NCBI GenBank assembly: GCA_945901265.1
Contig: CAMDJZ010000003.1
Span: 8,256 to 72,255 of the forward strand
DNA: 64,000 nucleotides
Source: Rickettsia typhi
GTDB lineage: Bacteria > Pseudomonadota > Alphaproteobacteria > Rickettsiales > UBA1997
Reading direction: 5' to 3'
Shown here: positions 10,789 through 19,498 of the stretch, in pieces
Numbering within the stretch: the first letter of the stretch is position 1
How the letters are laid out: each line of letters starts with the position of its first letter
Translations under genes and position numbers: made by a program
Notes under the pieces: model-generated
The model's input: only the letters and a program-made list of their open reading frames with translations
Told to the model about the DNA's origin: nothing
The model's database searches: none

Positions 10789-11481
10789 CTAATTGGATTC
10801 GATAATTCTTCCGCTTCTAAGTTTAATTCGGCGATCTGTTTGCGAAGCAAGTTCAAGATTATGAGTGGCAATTAAACAGGCAATTTGATATTTTTTGGTG
10901 AGTTGTTGCAATATATTAAAAACTTTATGCGCTAATTCATTATCTAGATTGCCAGTTGGCTCATCAGCAAGAATTAATTTTGGTTTACCAACTATTGCCC
11001 GAGCAATTGCAACTCTTTGTTGTTGACCTCCCGAAAGTTGTGCAGGTTTAGAATTACAATAATTTTGAAGTTCAACTTCGCTGAGAATTTCGCGAGCTTG
11101 TTGATAAGCATCTTTGTAATTTATATCTTGAATAAGTAGTGGCATCGCAACATTCTCTAGGGCAGAAAATTCTGGTAATAAATGATGAAATTGATAAATA
11201 AAACCGATATATTTTTTGCGTAATTGCGTATTATTTTTATCGTCATTTTTTTGCTGGTGATTAAAAACGTGATTATTATTAATTAAAATTTCGCCATTAG
11301 TTGGGCTATCGAGTAATCCAGCAAGTTGCAAAAGAGTTGTTTTGCCAGAGCCAGATTGACCAGTAAGGGCAATGAATTCTCCGCTATTAATATCGAAATT
11401 TATTTCTTTTAATACTTCAACAACTTGCCCAGCTTGTATAAAATTCTTGTTAACATTAATAAATTTTAAGACTGTTGACAT
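10789..11481 (-). CDS. lolD: ABC transporter ATP-binding protein, LolD-like (lipoprotein release)
   Basis: 230 aa. Walker A GQSGSGKTT, signature LSGGQQQRVAIARA, Walker B LILADEPTGNLD. Size and sequence are typical of the LolD/MacB ATPase subfamily. No permease gene is adjacent. Confidence 0.72.
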   Translation of the reverse strand: MSTVLKFINVNKNFIQAGQVVEVLKEINFDINSGEFIALTGQSGSGKTTLLQLAGLLDSPTNGEILINNNHVFNHQQKNDDKNNTQLRKKYIGFIYQFHHLLPEFSALENVAMPLLIQDINYKDAYQQAREILSEVELQNYCNSKPAQLSGGQQQRVAIARAIVGKPKLILADEPTGNLDNELAHKVFNILQQLTKKYQIACLIATHNLELASQTDRRIKLRSGRIIESN

Positions 11482-11523
11482 TTGTTAAAAATTAATATTT
11501 TTAAAAGTTATTAATAATTTATA

Positions 11524-12714
11524 TTATTTTCTCTTTTTTTTGGGTTTATCGTCATCATCGTCATCATCATCGTCAATTTCATCAAAATTATAATTAAAAT
11601 CATCTTCTTCTTCCTCTTCATCTTCATCTTCTTCTTCATCATCCGGATCATCTATACCTTTTTTGCCTTTTCTACCTTCTAAATCAAAATCATCAAAATC
11701 ATCTTTAGAATTATTTTTTGCTTCAGAGTTAATTTTATCTTTAGCGATATTGATAATTTTTTCTTTGGCCACCTCAATATCAACGTTGAAAATAATTGCA
11801 TATTCACTAGCTAAACGAAATATTGCTGTTTCATAAATAATTCTTTCGCTGTAAGATCTATCGCTATCTTCAATATCTCGCGTCAAGTCGCGCAATACTT
11901 CAGCAAGTAAAATAATGTCACCAGAATTAATTTTAGTTTCATATTCTTGCGCTCTTCTGGACCACATGCCTTTGAGTTTTTTTATACCACTTCTTAAAAT
12001 ACTTAAAACTTCTTCCATTTGAGATTTAGTGGCAATTCGTCTTAGATTATTTTTTTCAGCACTTAAAACAGGAATCTTAATTGATAATCTTTCTTTTTCA
12101 AAATACATCATATAGCAACTATATTCATGACCCATAATTGTGGTATTTTCTATTTCAATTATTTTACCAACCCCATGTGATGGATATACGGCGTGATCGC
12201 CTGCACGAAATGGCTGGCGAGATTGACTCGGTATGTTTTCACTTTTTTTATTAGAAGGTTTTTCGTTTTTAGTTTTTTCAGTTTTATCAAGAGTTTTTTG
12301 GGAATTATTTATTTCCTTTTTAGGAGATTTTAAATTGATTTTATTTATTGCAGATTTTTCTTTAATTTTTATTTTATCAGAAATTTTTTTACTGGATATT
12401 TTATTTTTAAGCGGAGTTTTTTTAATAATTTTACTAGATTTAAGTGCAGTTTTTTTGACCTTTGAATTTATTATAGAGGGTTTTTTATTTGATTTTTTAA
12501 AAAGTTTTTTTGTCAATTTAATTTTTGCTTTTGGAGTTTTTGCTTTTGGAGTTTTTGAATTTGTTTTCAACGATTTAGTTGCAGTTTTTGAATTTGTTTT
12601 CAAAGATTTAGAAGTCTTATTTTTAGTGGTTTTTTTTATATTAGGTTTTTTATCGCTAGCTTTAGTTTTGGTAATTTTTTTTTGATTGTTTTTTTTAGGA
12701 ATTTTTTTAACCAT
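11524..12714 (-). CDS. CarD/CdnL-family RNA polymerase-binding regulator with Lys-rich N-terminal extension and acidic C-terminal tail
   Basis: Core FRAGDHAVYPSHGVGKIIEIE...LSIKIPVLSAEKNNLRRI...WSRRAQEYETKINSGD matches the CarD_CdnL_TRCF domain. There is no in-frame ATG between codon 1 and the domain start. Confidence 0.85.
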   Translation of the reverse strand: MVKKIPKKNNQKKITKTKASDKKPNIKKTTKNKTSKSLKTNSKTATKSLKTNSKTPKAKTPKAKIKLTKKLFKKSNKKPSIINSKVKKTALKSSKIIKKTPLKNKISSKKISDKIKIKEKSAINKINLKSPKKEINNSQKTLDKTEKTKNEKPSNKKSENIPSQSRQPFRAGDHAVYPSHGVGKIIEIENTTIMGHEYSCYMMYFEKERLSIKIPVLSAEKNNLRRIATKSQMEEVLSILRSGIKKLKGMWSRRAQEYETKINSGDIILLAEVLRDLTRDIEDSDRSYSERIIYETAIFRLASEYAIIFNVDIEVAKEKIINIAKDKINSEAKNNSKDDFDDFDLEGRKGKKGIDDPDDEEEDEDEEEEEDDFNYNFDEIDDDDDDDDDKPKKKRK

Positions 12715-12943
12715 TTGTTTATAAAATTTGGATTATATTTTAAAAAATAAAAATTTGTATTTTAAGTTTTACAAAATTGGATTTTTATTAAAAAATTATT
12801 TAATTAAAAAAACTATTCTCATTTAAAATTTAATAATTAAGGTAATAATTCTAAATTGAAAGCTTTATTAGTCAAGGTTAGCCCCTATTACTTGACTGAG
12901 CCAAGATTATAAGCTTGATTGAAATTTATAGTTCAATTATAAA

Positions 12944-14395
12944 TTGTTAAATAAATTACAAAAAATTTTGAAAAAAATATTTTCTTTAATAAAACATTCT
13001 TATAAATCAACCAAGTCTGCAAATAAGCGGGGTAGGTTTAAATATCTTGTAGATTTTTTAATCGAACATCATTTATTTAAGCCGATTAGCTTATCGATTA
13101 TTTTATGTTTTGGAGTTTTCAAAATCTATGATTATTCTAGTTTTTTTATATCGGAATATCAATATAAAAAACTCCGCAAAATTGCTTCAACACCAATAAA
13201 AATTAATATATCTGAAATTCAAATAGACTTCGATATTGACGAAGATCAAATCGTTGAAAGAAGAATCAAGCATGGTGATACTTTACTTAAGATTCTTAGT
13301 GATATCGGTACCTCAGAGCAAGATATTTTTGCAATTTTAAATTCAATAAAAAAATTTACCTCACCAAAAAATCTTGCTGTTGGTGATATGATAACTATAA
13401 CTTACCGCTCTAAAATTCATCTTAATAAAGCGCCAAATAACAGCGCCAATCAAAATGACAATCTTAATCGAAAGGTGGTGATTAACACCGTTACAATTTC
13501 GCCATCGCTAAATACGCAATTTAGCTCTTATCGCAATCAAGATGGTACCTACAGCGCTAAAGAAGAAAATGTTAAACTTAGTCGCTATATTTCGCGCTAT
13601 TCTGGATCAATAAAAAAAGGTTTATTTGTTGATGGGGTGAATTCAGGAATTTCCCCAACTTCGATGATGAATATGATTAACCTTTACGGTTACGATATTG
13701 ATTTCCAGCGCGATCTTCACAAGGGTGATAAATTTGAAATGCTGGTTGAAAGTTTTTATAACGAAACTGGCAAGAAAATTCGCGATGGCAATGTTCTTTA
13801 TTCATCAATTACTCTTTCTAGTAGAAATATCGATATTTACATGCATAAGATTGACCAAAGAATTGAGTATTTTGACAGTAAGGGAAATTCAGTTAAGAAA
13901 TCACTTTTACGTACGCCAATTAATGGCGCGCGAGTATCCTCTGGTTTTGGAATGAGACGTCACCCAATTTTGGGTTATTCAAAAATGCATAAAGGTTCGG
14001 ATTTTGCTGCAGCTACAGGAACGCCGATAATGGCTGCGGGAAGCGGAGTTGTTGCATATATGGGTATCAAGGGTGGTTATGGAAATTATGTACAAATAAA
14101 GCATAATCAAGATTATGCTACAGCTTATGGACATGCATCGCGTTTTAACAAAAAATTTCACGTTGGTGCAAAAGTAAAGCAAGGAGACATTGTAGCTTAT
14201 GTTGGTTCAACAGGAAGATCAACTGGTCCGCATCTTCATTTCGAAGTTATTTACAAAGGGCAACAGGTTAATCCTGCTAAAGTTAAAGCTACCTCCGGTA
14301 TTAAGTTGGCTGGAAAGGATTTGGCTAAATTCGAATTATCTCGCGCAGAAATTGACAAATACCGTCGTAACATACCCAATTTAATTAAGAAATAA
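12944..14395 (+). CDS. M23 family metallopeptidase (murein DD-endopeptidase-like)
   Basis: 483 aa, TTG start. N-terminal TM helix, LysM/OapA-like HGDTLLKILSDIG. M23 zinc motifs HKGSDFAA (HxxxD) and GSTGRSTGPHLHFEV (HxH). Confidence 0.85.
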   Translation: MLNKLQKILKKIFSLIKHSYKSTKSANKRGRFKYLVDFLIEHHLFKPISLSIILCFGVFKIYDYSSFFISEYQYKKLRKIASTPIKINISEIQIDFDIDEDQIVERRIKHGDTLLKILSDIGTSEQDIFAILNSIKKFTSPKNLAVGDMITITYRSKIHLNKAPNNSANQNDNLNRKVVINTVTISPSLNTQFSSYRNQDGTYSAKEENVKLSRYISRYSGSIKKGLFVDGVNSGISPTSMMNMINLYGYDIDFQRDLHKGDKFEMLVESFYNETGKKIRDGNVLYSSITLSSRNIDIYMHKIDQRIEYFDSKGNSVKKSLLRTPINGARVSSGFGMRRHPILGYSKMHKGSDFAAATGTPIMAAGSGVVAYMGIKGGYGNYVQIKHNQDYATAYGHASRFNKKFHVGAKVKQGDIVAYVGSTGRSTGPHLHFEVIYKGQQVNPAKVKATSGIKLAGKDLAKFELSRAEIDKYRRNIPNLIKK

Positions 14396-14401
14396 TATTA
14401 A

Positions 14402-15487
14402 ATGAAAGTTGTTAACATTCTTCTAAACTACAAAAGAGCTACTCATAATAACAAGATTTTAGGGGTTGAAAGATGTTTTATTGATTACTCAAAATATCTT
14501 GCCCTTAAAGGGGTTAAGGTAGTTTCGGTAATAAAATCGAAAATTTTTTTGCTCGATGAAATAAAAAAAACTAATTCAGAAATTATTGAATTGCCAGCGA
14601 TTAACCAAGGCGATATTTATTCAATTTTAAAATTAGCTTGGGTTTTTTTTAAATTTAATCCTGATATTGTTATTTGCCATTCTGGTCGCGCTTTATTATA
14701 CTCTCGCGCAGCAAGATTTTTGATTTTTAAAAAAATACCAATAGCAGTAATTGATCACGGAATAAACCCAGCTAAATTTCTTAAAGCTGATTATATTTTG
14801 ACGGTTAATTCTTTTTTTATGAAGGAAATGATAAAAGCTGGAAATTCAGCAAATAGATCATTATCAATTCCTAACATGATTGAGGTTCCGCAAGAATTTA
14901 AGGAACTTATTAAACCGCCATTTGCTAAAAAAACTCGTCTTGGATCATTGGGAAGATTGGCTGAAGAAAAAAATTATGATAAGGTAATTAGAGCTATAAA
15001 AATTCTTAAAGAGCAAAATATTGAAGTTGAATTTTCAATTGGGGGAGTTGGAGTTGAACAAAAAAAACTTGAAAATTTAGCCACAGAATTGGGAGTTGAA
15101 AATAATCTAAAAATTTTGGGTTGGGTTGATGATAAAAAAGAATTTTTTAGTAATATTGATATTTTTATTTTACCTTCAAAATATGAAACCTTTGGTATTG
15201 CTATTTTAGACGCCATGCTTTATTCAACTCCAATCATTACTAGCAATAGTTGGGGACCTGATGAAATAATTGAAGATGGAGTTACGGGTTTAAAAATTTC
15301 CAAGGATGATGATCAGCAAATTGTTAATTTAATTGCTGAAGCTGTTATAAAATTAATTAATAATCAAGAGTTGGCAAAAACAATGGCATCTAATGCAAAT
15401 AAACAATTTTTTTCTGAATATACCGCCGAAATTGTTTCCGATAAGTTGTATAAAATATGCGAAAAAATAATCTCTGAAAATAAATAA
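14402..15487 (+). CDS. Glycosyltransferase family 4 (GT-B)
   Basis: 361 aa. C-terminal block ILPSKYETFGIAILDAMLYSTPIITSNSWGPDEIIEDGVTG is typical of GT4/RfaG-like enzymes. Confidence 0.8.
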   Translation: MKVVNILLNYKRATHNNKILGVERCFIDYSKYLALKGVKVVSVIKSKIFLLDEIKKTNSEIIELPAINQGDIYSILKLAWVFFKFNPDIVICHSGRALLYSRAARFLIFKKIPIAVIDHGINPAKFLKADYILTVNSFFMKEMIKAGNSANRSLSIPNMIEVPQEFKELIKPPFAKKTRLGSLGRLAEEKNYDKVIRAIKILKEQNIEVEFSIGGVGVEQKKLENLATELGVENNLKILGWVDDKKEFFSNIDIFILPSKYETFGIAILDAMLYSTPIITSNSWGPDEIIEDGVTGLKISKDDDQQIVNLIAEAVIKLINNQELAKTMASNANKQFFSEYTAEIVSDKLYKICEKIISENK

Positions 15488-15614
15488 TAACTTTATAAAT
15501 AAAATATTGACTAAAAGTTTTATTAAACTACAATTAATTTATATATTGTTTAAAGTAAACAGTTTTAAACCGATATTTAATAAATATTTTTTTGCACCAT
15601 TTAAATAAATTTAT

Positions 15615-16181
15615 ATGATTAATTCACCATTAATTGAAAATAACATGTTCGACACACTAACTTTTTCAAAAAAAATGCAAAACGCTGGAATGACTCAGAA
15701 TGTAGCTGAGCAATTAGCTTATAGCCTACTTAATTTCCAAAATAACCAATTTGAAAATCTTCTAACTAAGAATGAATTTAAAAAATTTGAAACAGAAGTT
15801 AGGCGTAACATTGAGAATGTTAAAAGCGATATTCAAGAAGTTAAGAATGACATCGAAGAAGTTAAGAATGACATCGAAGAAGTTAAGAATGACATCGAAG
15901 AAGTTAAGAATGACATCGAAGAAGTTAAGAATGACATCGAAGATGTTAAGAATGACATCGAAGATGTTAAGAATGACATCGAAGAAGTTAGGTGGGATAT
16001 TGAAGAGTTTAGGGCTGAAATAAAAAGCATTCGCTTTGATTTTAAAAACGATGTTGAAAATCTTGTTAGTAAAAAAGAATTTAATTTAAAAATGAAAAAT
16101 CTTGAACTTAATATTACTATTAAAATGGGATTGATGATGGCATCTGGTATTGGTATTCTGGCTTTATTAATTAAGATTTAA
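15615..16181 (+). CDS. DUF1640-like coiled-coil protein with C-terminal TM anchor and expanded heptad repeat
   Basis: N-terminus FDTLTFSKKMQNAGMTQNVAEQLA and C-terminus LELNITIKMGLMMASGIGILALLIKI fit DUF1640 (from memory). The centre is (E/D)(E/D)VKNDI x7-9. Confidence 0.65.
   Translation: MINSPLIENNMFDTLTFSKKMQNAGMTQNVAEQLAYSLLNFQNNQFENLLTKNEFKKFETEVRRNIENVKSDIQEVKNDIEEVKNDIEEVKNDIEEVKNDIEEVKNDIEDVKNDIEDVKNDIEEVRWDIEEFRAEIKSIRFDFKNDVENLVSKKEFNLKMKNLELNITIKMGLMMASGIGILALLIKI
15813..16022 (+). repeat. In-frame 21-nt tandem repeat (gaagaagttaagaatgacatc), about 10 units, 7 near-identical
   Basis: Read directly. Units start at 15834, 15855, 15876, 15897, 15918, 15939 and 15960, with degenerate units on both flanks. 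Confidence 0.95.
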
Positions 16182-16200
16182 TTTTAAAAAATGAAGTTTT

Positions 16201-18951
16201 TTATGTTAATTTTTCAATGGCAAAAAAACCTTCACTTAGATTAACATCTGGGGATAAAACAGGAATATTGTGACTCTTTGCTTCTTGCAAAAAAATATTA
16301 ATTTTATCGGTATTATCGATCTCAAGATTAATTGAAGCGGTTAAAAATTCTGGTAAGAAATGCGCTTTAAGGTAAGCGGTTTGATATGAGATCATGGCGT
16401 ATGCTGCAGCGTGAGATTTGTTAAAACCATATCCAGCAAATTTGTCGACTAGATCAAAAATTTCATTAGCTTGATTTTCGCCAATATTATTTTTTTTTGC
16501 ACCTAAAACAAATATCTCGCGTTGCTGCTCCATTTCTTCTTTAATTTTTTTACCCATAGCTCGCCTAAGTAAATCAGCACTTCCAAGACTATAGCCAGAT
16601 AGAATTTTAGCGATTTCCATGACTTGCTCTTGATAAACAATTACCCCATAAGTTTCTTGTAAAACAGTTGCTAAAAGCGGATGAGGATATTCGATCTTTT
16701 CTTCGCCATGTTTCCGTTTGATGTAAGTGGGAATATTATCCATTGGCCCAGGGCGGTAAAGAGAAATTAAGGCGATAATATCTTCAATTTTATCGGCACG
16801 CATTTGACGAAGAACAGAACGCATACCCAAGGATTCAATTTGAAATACCCCTACAGAATCACCGCTTGCAAGCATTTTAAAAGTTTGCTTATCATCGAGA
16901 CGAATATTGTTAATATCAATTTTTTTATCGCGAGTTTTTTCGATTAATTTAACAGTTTCAAAAATAGTTGTTAAAGTTTTTAACCCAAGAAAGTCAAATT
17001 TTACTAAACCTGCTGATTCAGCATATTTCATCGAATAACCAACAGCAGGCATTGTTGAGCCTTGATCATTATATAATGCGCAAATTTCGTGAAGAGGGCG
17101 GTCGCCAATTACCAATCCTGCAGCATGAGTAGAAGCGTGGCGATTAAGCCCTTCCAATTTCAAACTAATATCAACCAATTTAGTAATCTGGGGATCTTCC
17201 TTAATAGCATTTTGTAAATCCTTATCCATGGTAATGGCTTTCTCAAGAGTAACTGCTTCAACGGCATTAAAAGGAATTAATTTACAAATGCGATCAACCT
17301 GACTATATGGCATGTTCATAACACGCCCAACATCTTTCAATACTGCGCGTGCTTGCAATTTTCCAAAAGTAATTATTTGCGCAACATAATCATTGCCATA
17401 TTTTTCTTGAACGTAATTGATTACTTCATCGCGACGTAATTGACAAAAATCAACATCAAAATCTGGCATTGAAACTCTTTCGGGATTTAAAAATCTTTCA
17501 AAGAGCAAGCCAAAGCGTAATGGATCTAAATCAGTAATTTGTAAAGACCAAGCAACTGCTGAACCAGCCCCAGATCCGCGACCCGGTCCAACTGGAATTT
17601 CATGTTTTTTTGCCCATTTTATAAAATCAGAAACGATTAAAAAATAACCAGAAAAATTCATTTTAATGATAATTCCTAACTCATAATCAAGGCGATCAAA
17701 ATATTGTTTTTCAATAATAGCTTGTGAAGAAATATCAGTTTCTTCGAGTATAAATTTACTGGCTAATCTAACTTTTAAACCTTGATGAGCTTGGTTTTTT
17801 AATTCAGTTTTTTCATCGAAATCTTTCTCATTGCTAAATTTTGGAAGAGTAGGGGGGCGTTCAAATGCCATGGTCTGACATTTGCGAGCAATGTTGATTG
17901 AATTTTCTAAAGCCTCAGGGAGATCACTAAAAAGTTCCGCAAATTCCTGCGGATCTTTAAGATATTGATGAGGGGAATTTTTTTTACGATCTGGAGCATT
18001 AACTAAAAGACCTTCATAGATGCAAGATAAAATGTCTTGCGCTTCATGCATTTCTTTTTTTAAAAAATAAACATGATTACTGGCAATTATTGGTAAGTTT
18101 TTTCGAATGGCAAGTTTTAGAAATTTATCCTCCGTAAGATCTTCTTCTTTAGTGCCGTGACGAGTTATTTCTATATAAAAATTTTTATCAAAAATTTGTG
18201 CCAACTCATCACAAAATTTTTCAGCTAATTTATCTTGGTCATTTAAAAACATTTTACCTAGAATTCCAAATGTCGCTCCTGATAGACAAATTAATCCATT
18301 AGCTTTGTCTTTTAAAAAGTTAAAATCAATGTAGGGGGTAATAGAGTTTTGGCGATTAAGATATGATTGACTTACCAAAAACATTAAATTTTTATAACCT
18401 TCGCAATTATAGGCAATTAGGGTTGTTGGACAAAGTGACCTTTGTATGTCAAGAGTAGAAGGATTTTTTTGCTCAACAATCTTAAAATTTATCATTAATT
18501 CACAGCCTAAAATTGGCTGAATCCCAGCTTTCTTGCAGGCGATTGAAAATTCAAGTGCGCCAAATAAATTTTGTGAGTCACTTATTCCAAGGGCAGGAAG
18601 TTGAAAATGTTTGGCGCGATCAATTAAATCGGGGATTTTTATTGCACCTTGACAAAGCGAGTATGTTGTGTGATTGCATAGAGGGATGTAAGTTAAAGGA
18701 TAAGAAGTTTGAGTTTTATGATGATCATTTTCAACTGCTAAAATTTTACCATTAGTTGCTGGTAGTTTGGCGATTTGCGAATCCTTGATATTTGATTTAT
18801 TCGCGGCGCTGTTCAAATCGTCAAAATAATCATCAATTAAGCCATCTTTTTCCAAATCATCAATATGGTTGTAGTCAAGCCTTTCTAGGTCAAAATCACC
18901 GTTATTCCACATGTCATTATTTTGATTTATATTTTTTTGGGTAATTGGCAT
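16201..18951 (-). CDS. dnaE: DNA polymerase III alpha subunit DnaE, C-terminally truncated (PHP-palm-thumb-fingers only)
   Basis: 916 aa. PHP motif HTTYSLCQGA, GPGRGSGAGSAVAWSLQITDLDP, PDFDVDF, NKSHAAAYAMISYQTAYLKAHF. Ends ...LSPDVNLSEGFFAIEKLT*, where the HhH, beta-binding, OB and tau-binding regions of full-length (about 1160 aa) DnaE would begin. Confidence 0.88.
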   Translation of the reverse strand: MPITQKNINQNNDMWNNGDFDLERLDYNHIDDLEKDGLIDDYFDDLNSAANKSNIKDSQIAKLPATNGKILAVENDHHKTQTSYPLTYIPLCNHTTYSLCQGAIKIPDLIDRAKHFQLPALGISDSQNLFGALEFSIACKKAGIQPILGCELMINFKIVEQKNPSTLDIQRSLCPTTLIAYNCEGYKNLMFLVSQSYLNRQNSITPYIDFNFLKDKANGLICLSGATFGILGKMFLNDQDKLAEKFCDELAQIFDKNFYIEITRHGTKEEDLTEDKFLKLAIRKNLPIIASNHVYFLKKEMHEAQDILSCIYEGLLVNAPDRKKNSPHQYLKDPQEFAELFSDLPEALENSINIARKCQTMAFERPPTLPKFSNEKDFDEKTELKNQAHQGLKVRLASKFILEETDISSQAIIEKQYFDRLDYELGIIIKMNFSGYFLIVSDFIKWAKKHEIPVGPGRGSGAGSAVAWSLQITDLDPLRFGLLFERFLNPERVSMPDFDVDFCQLRRDEVINYVQEKYGNDYVAQIITFGKLQARAVLKDVGRVMNMPYSQVDRICKLIPFNAVEAVTLEKAITMDKDLQNAIKEDPQITKLVDISLKLEGLNRHASTHAAGLVIGDRPLHEICALYNDQGSTMPAVGYSMKYAESAGLVKFDFLGLKTLTTIFETVKLIEKTRDKKIDINNIRLDDKQTFKMLASGDSVGVFQIESLGMRSVLRQMRADKIEDIIALISLYRPGPMDNIPTYIKRKHGEEKIEYPHPLLATVLQETYGVIVYQEQVMEIAKILSGYSLGSADLLRRAMGKKIKEEMEQQREIFVLGAKKNNIGENQANEIFDLVDKFAGYGFNKSHAAAYAMISYQTAYLKAHFLPEFLTASINLEIDNTDKINIFLQEAKSHNIPVLSPDVNLSEGFFAIEKLT

Positions 18952-19498
18952 CGAGTATTTTTTAAAAATTTAAATTTTAAAATTGTAAGTTTAGTAATTT
19001 ATCTAAATCAAATTATTTGAAGTTTTTTAAAATCACAAACATTAATTTTTAAATATTATTTAAATTGCCTAGAAATATGAGAGAGTAGGAGAAAGCGGCG
19101 GGTAAAAAATTCATGATTATTTAACAAACAGGCTAAATAATTTTCAAAATAGCAACATAAATGTCGGGAGCCACCACCACGCAAACCCAGCGTGTGTACC
19201 TATTTACTGTAAAAGTTATTTTATTTAGCACACTCCCGACACTTACATTTTTCGCACATTATTTTTTTTATGGCAAGTAATTTTTTTAGTTTTTTTAAAA
19301 AAAATCTTTCAAACCTTGATTTTCTAGAGCTATAATGATATTAAAAAAGTTGTATAAATAGTTACTTTAAGCAATGAATCACTAAAAATTTATTTACTAA
19401 AAATTCTATAGTTTCTTTAAGGTTTTTTAGGGATCTATAGGGATTTTTTAATTATTATAAATTATGATTTATCTAATTTAAATTTGTTAACTTTTGTT

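Noticed and set aside
12233-12685. 150-aa plus-strand ORF (Phe/Leu-rich) inside the CarD-like gene
   Set aside because: It is the antisense reading of the Lys-rich AAA/AAG repeats (TTT/CTT codons). It has no independent coding signal, so it is a shadow ORF.
15813-16022. Possible CRISPR array (regular 21-nt repeats)
   Set aside because: The repeats are directly abutting with no spacers and are in frame within a coding sequence. No cas genes are in the window.
15772-16030. ORFs 15772..16023(+) and 15833..16030(-) with their own perfect peptide repeats
   Set aside because: They are alternative-frame or antisense readings of the same 21-nt tandem repeat. The frame with a recognisable N-terminal domain and C-terminal TM anchor (15615..16181) is the real gene.
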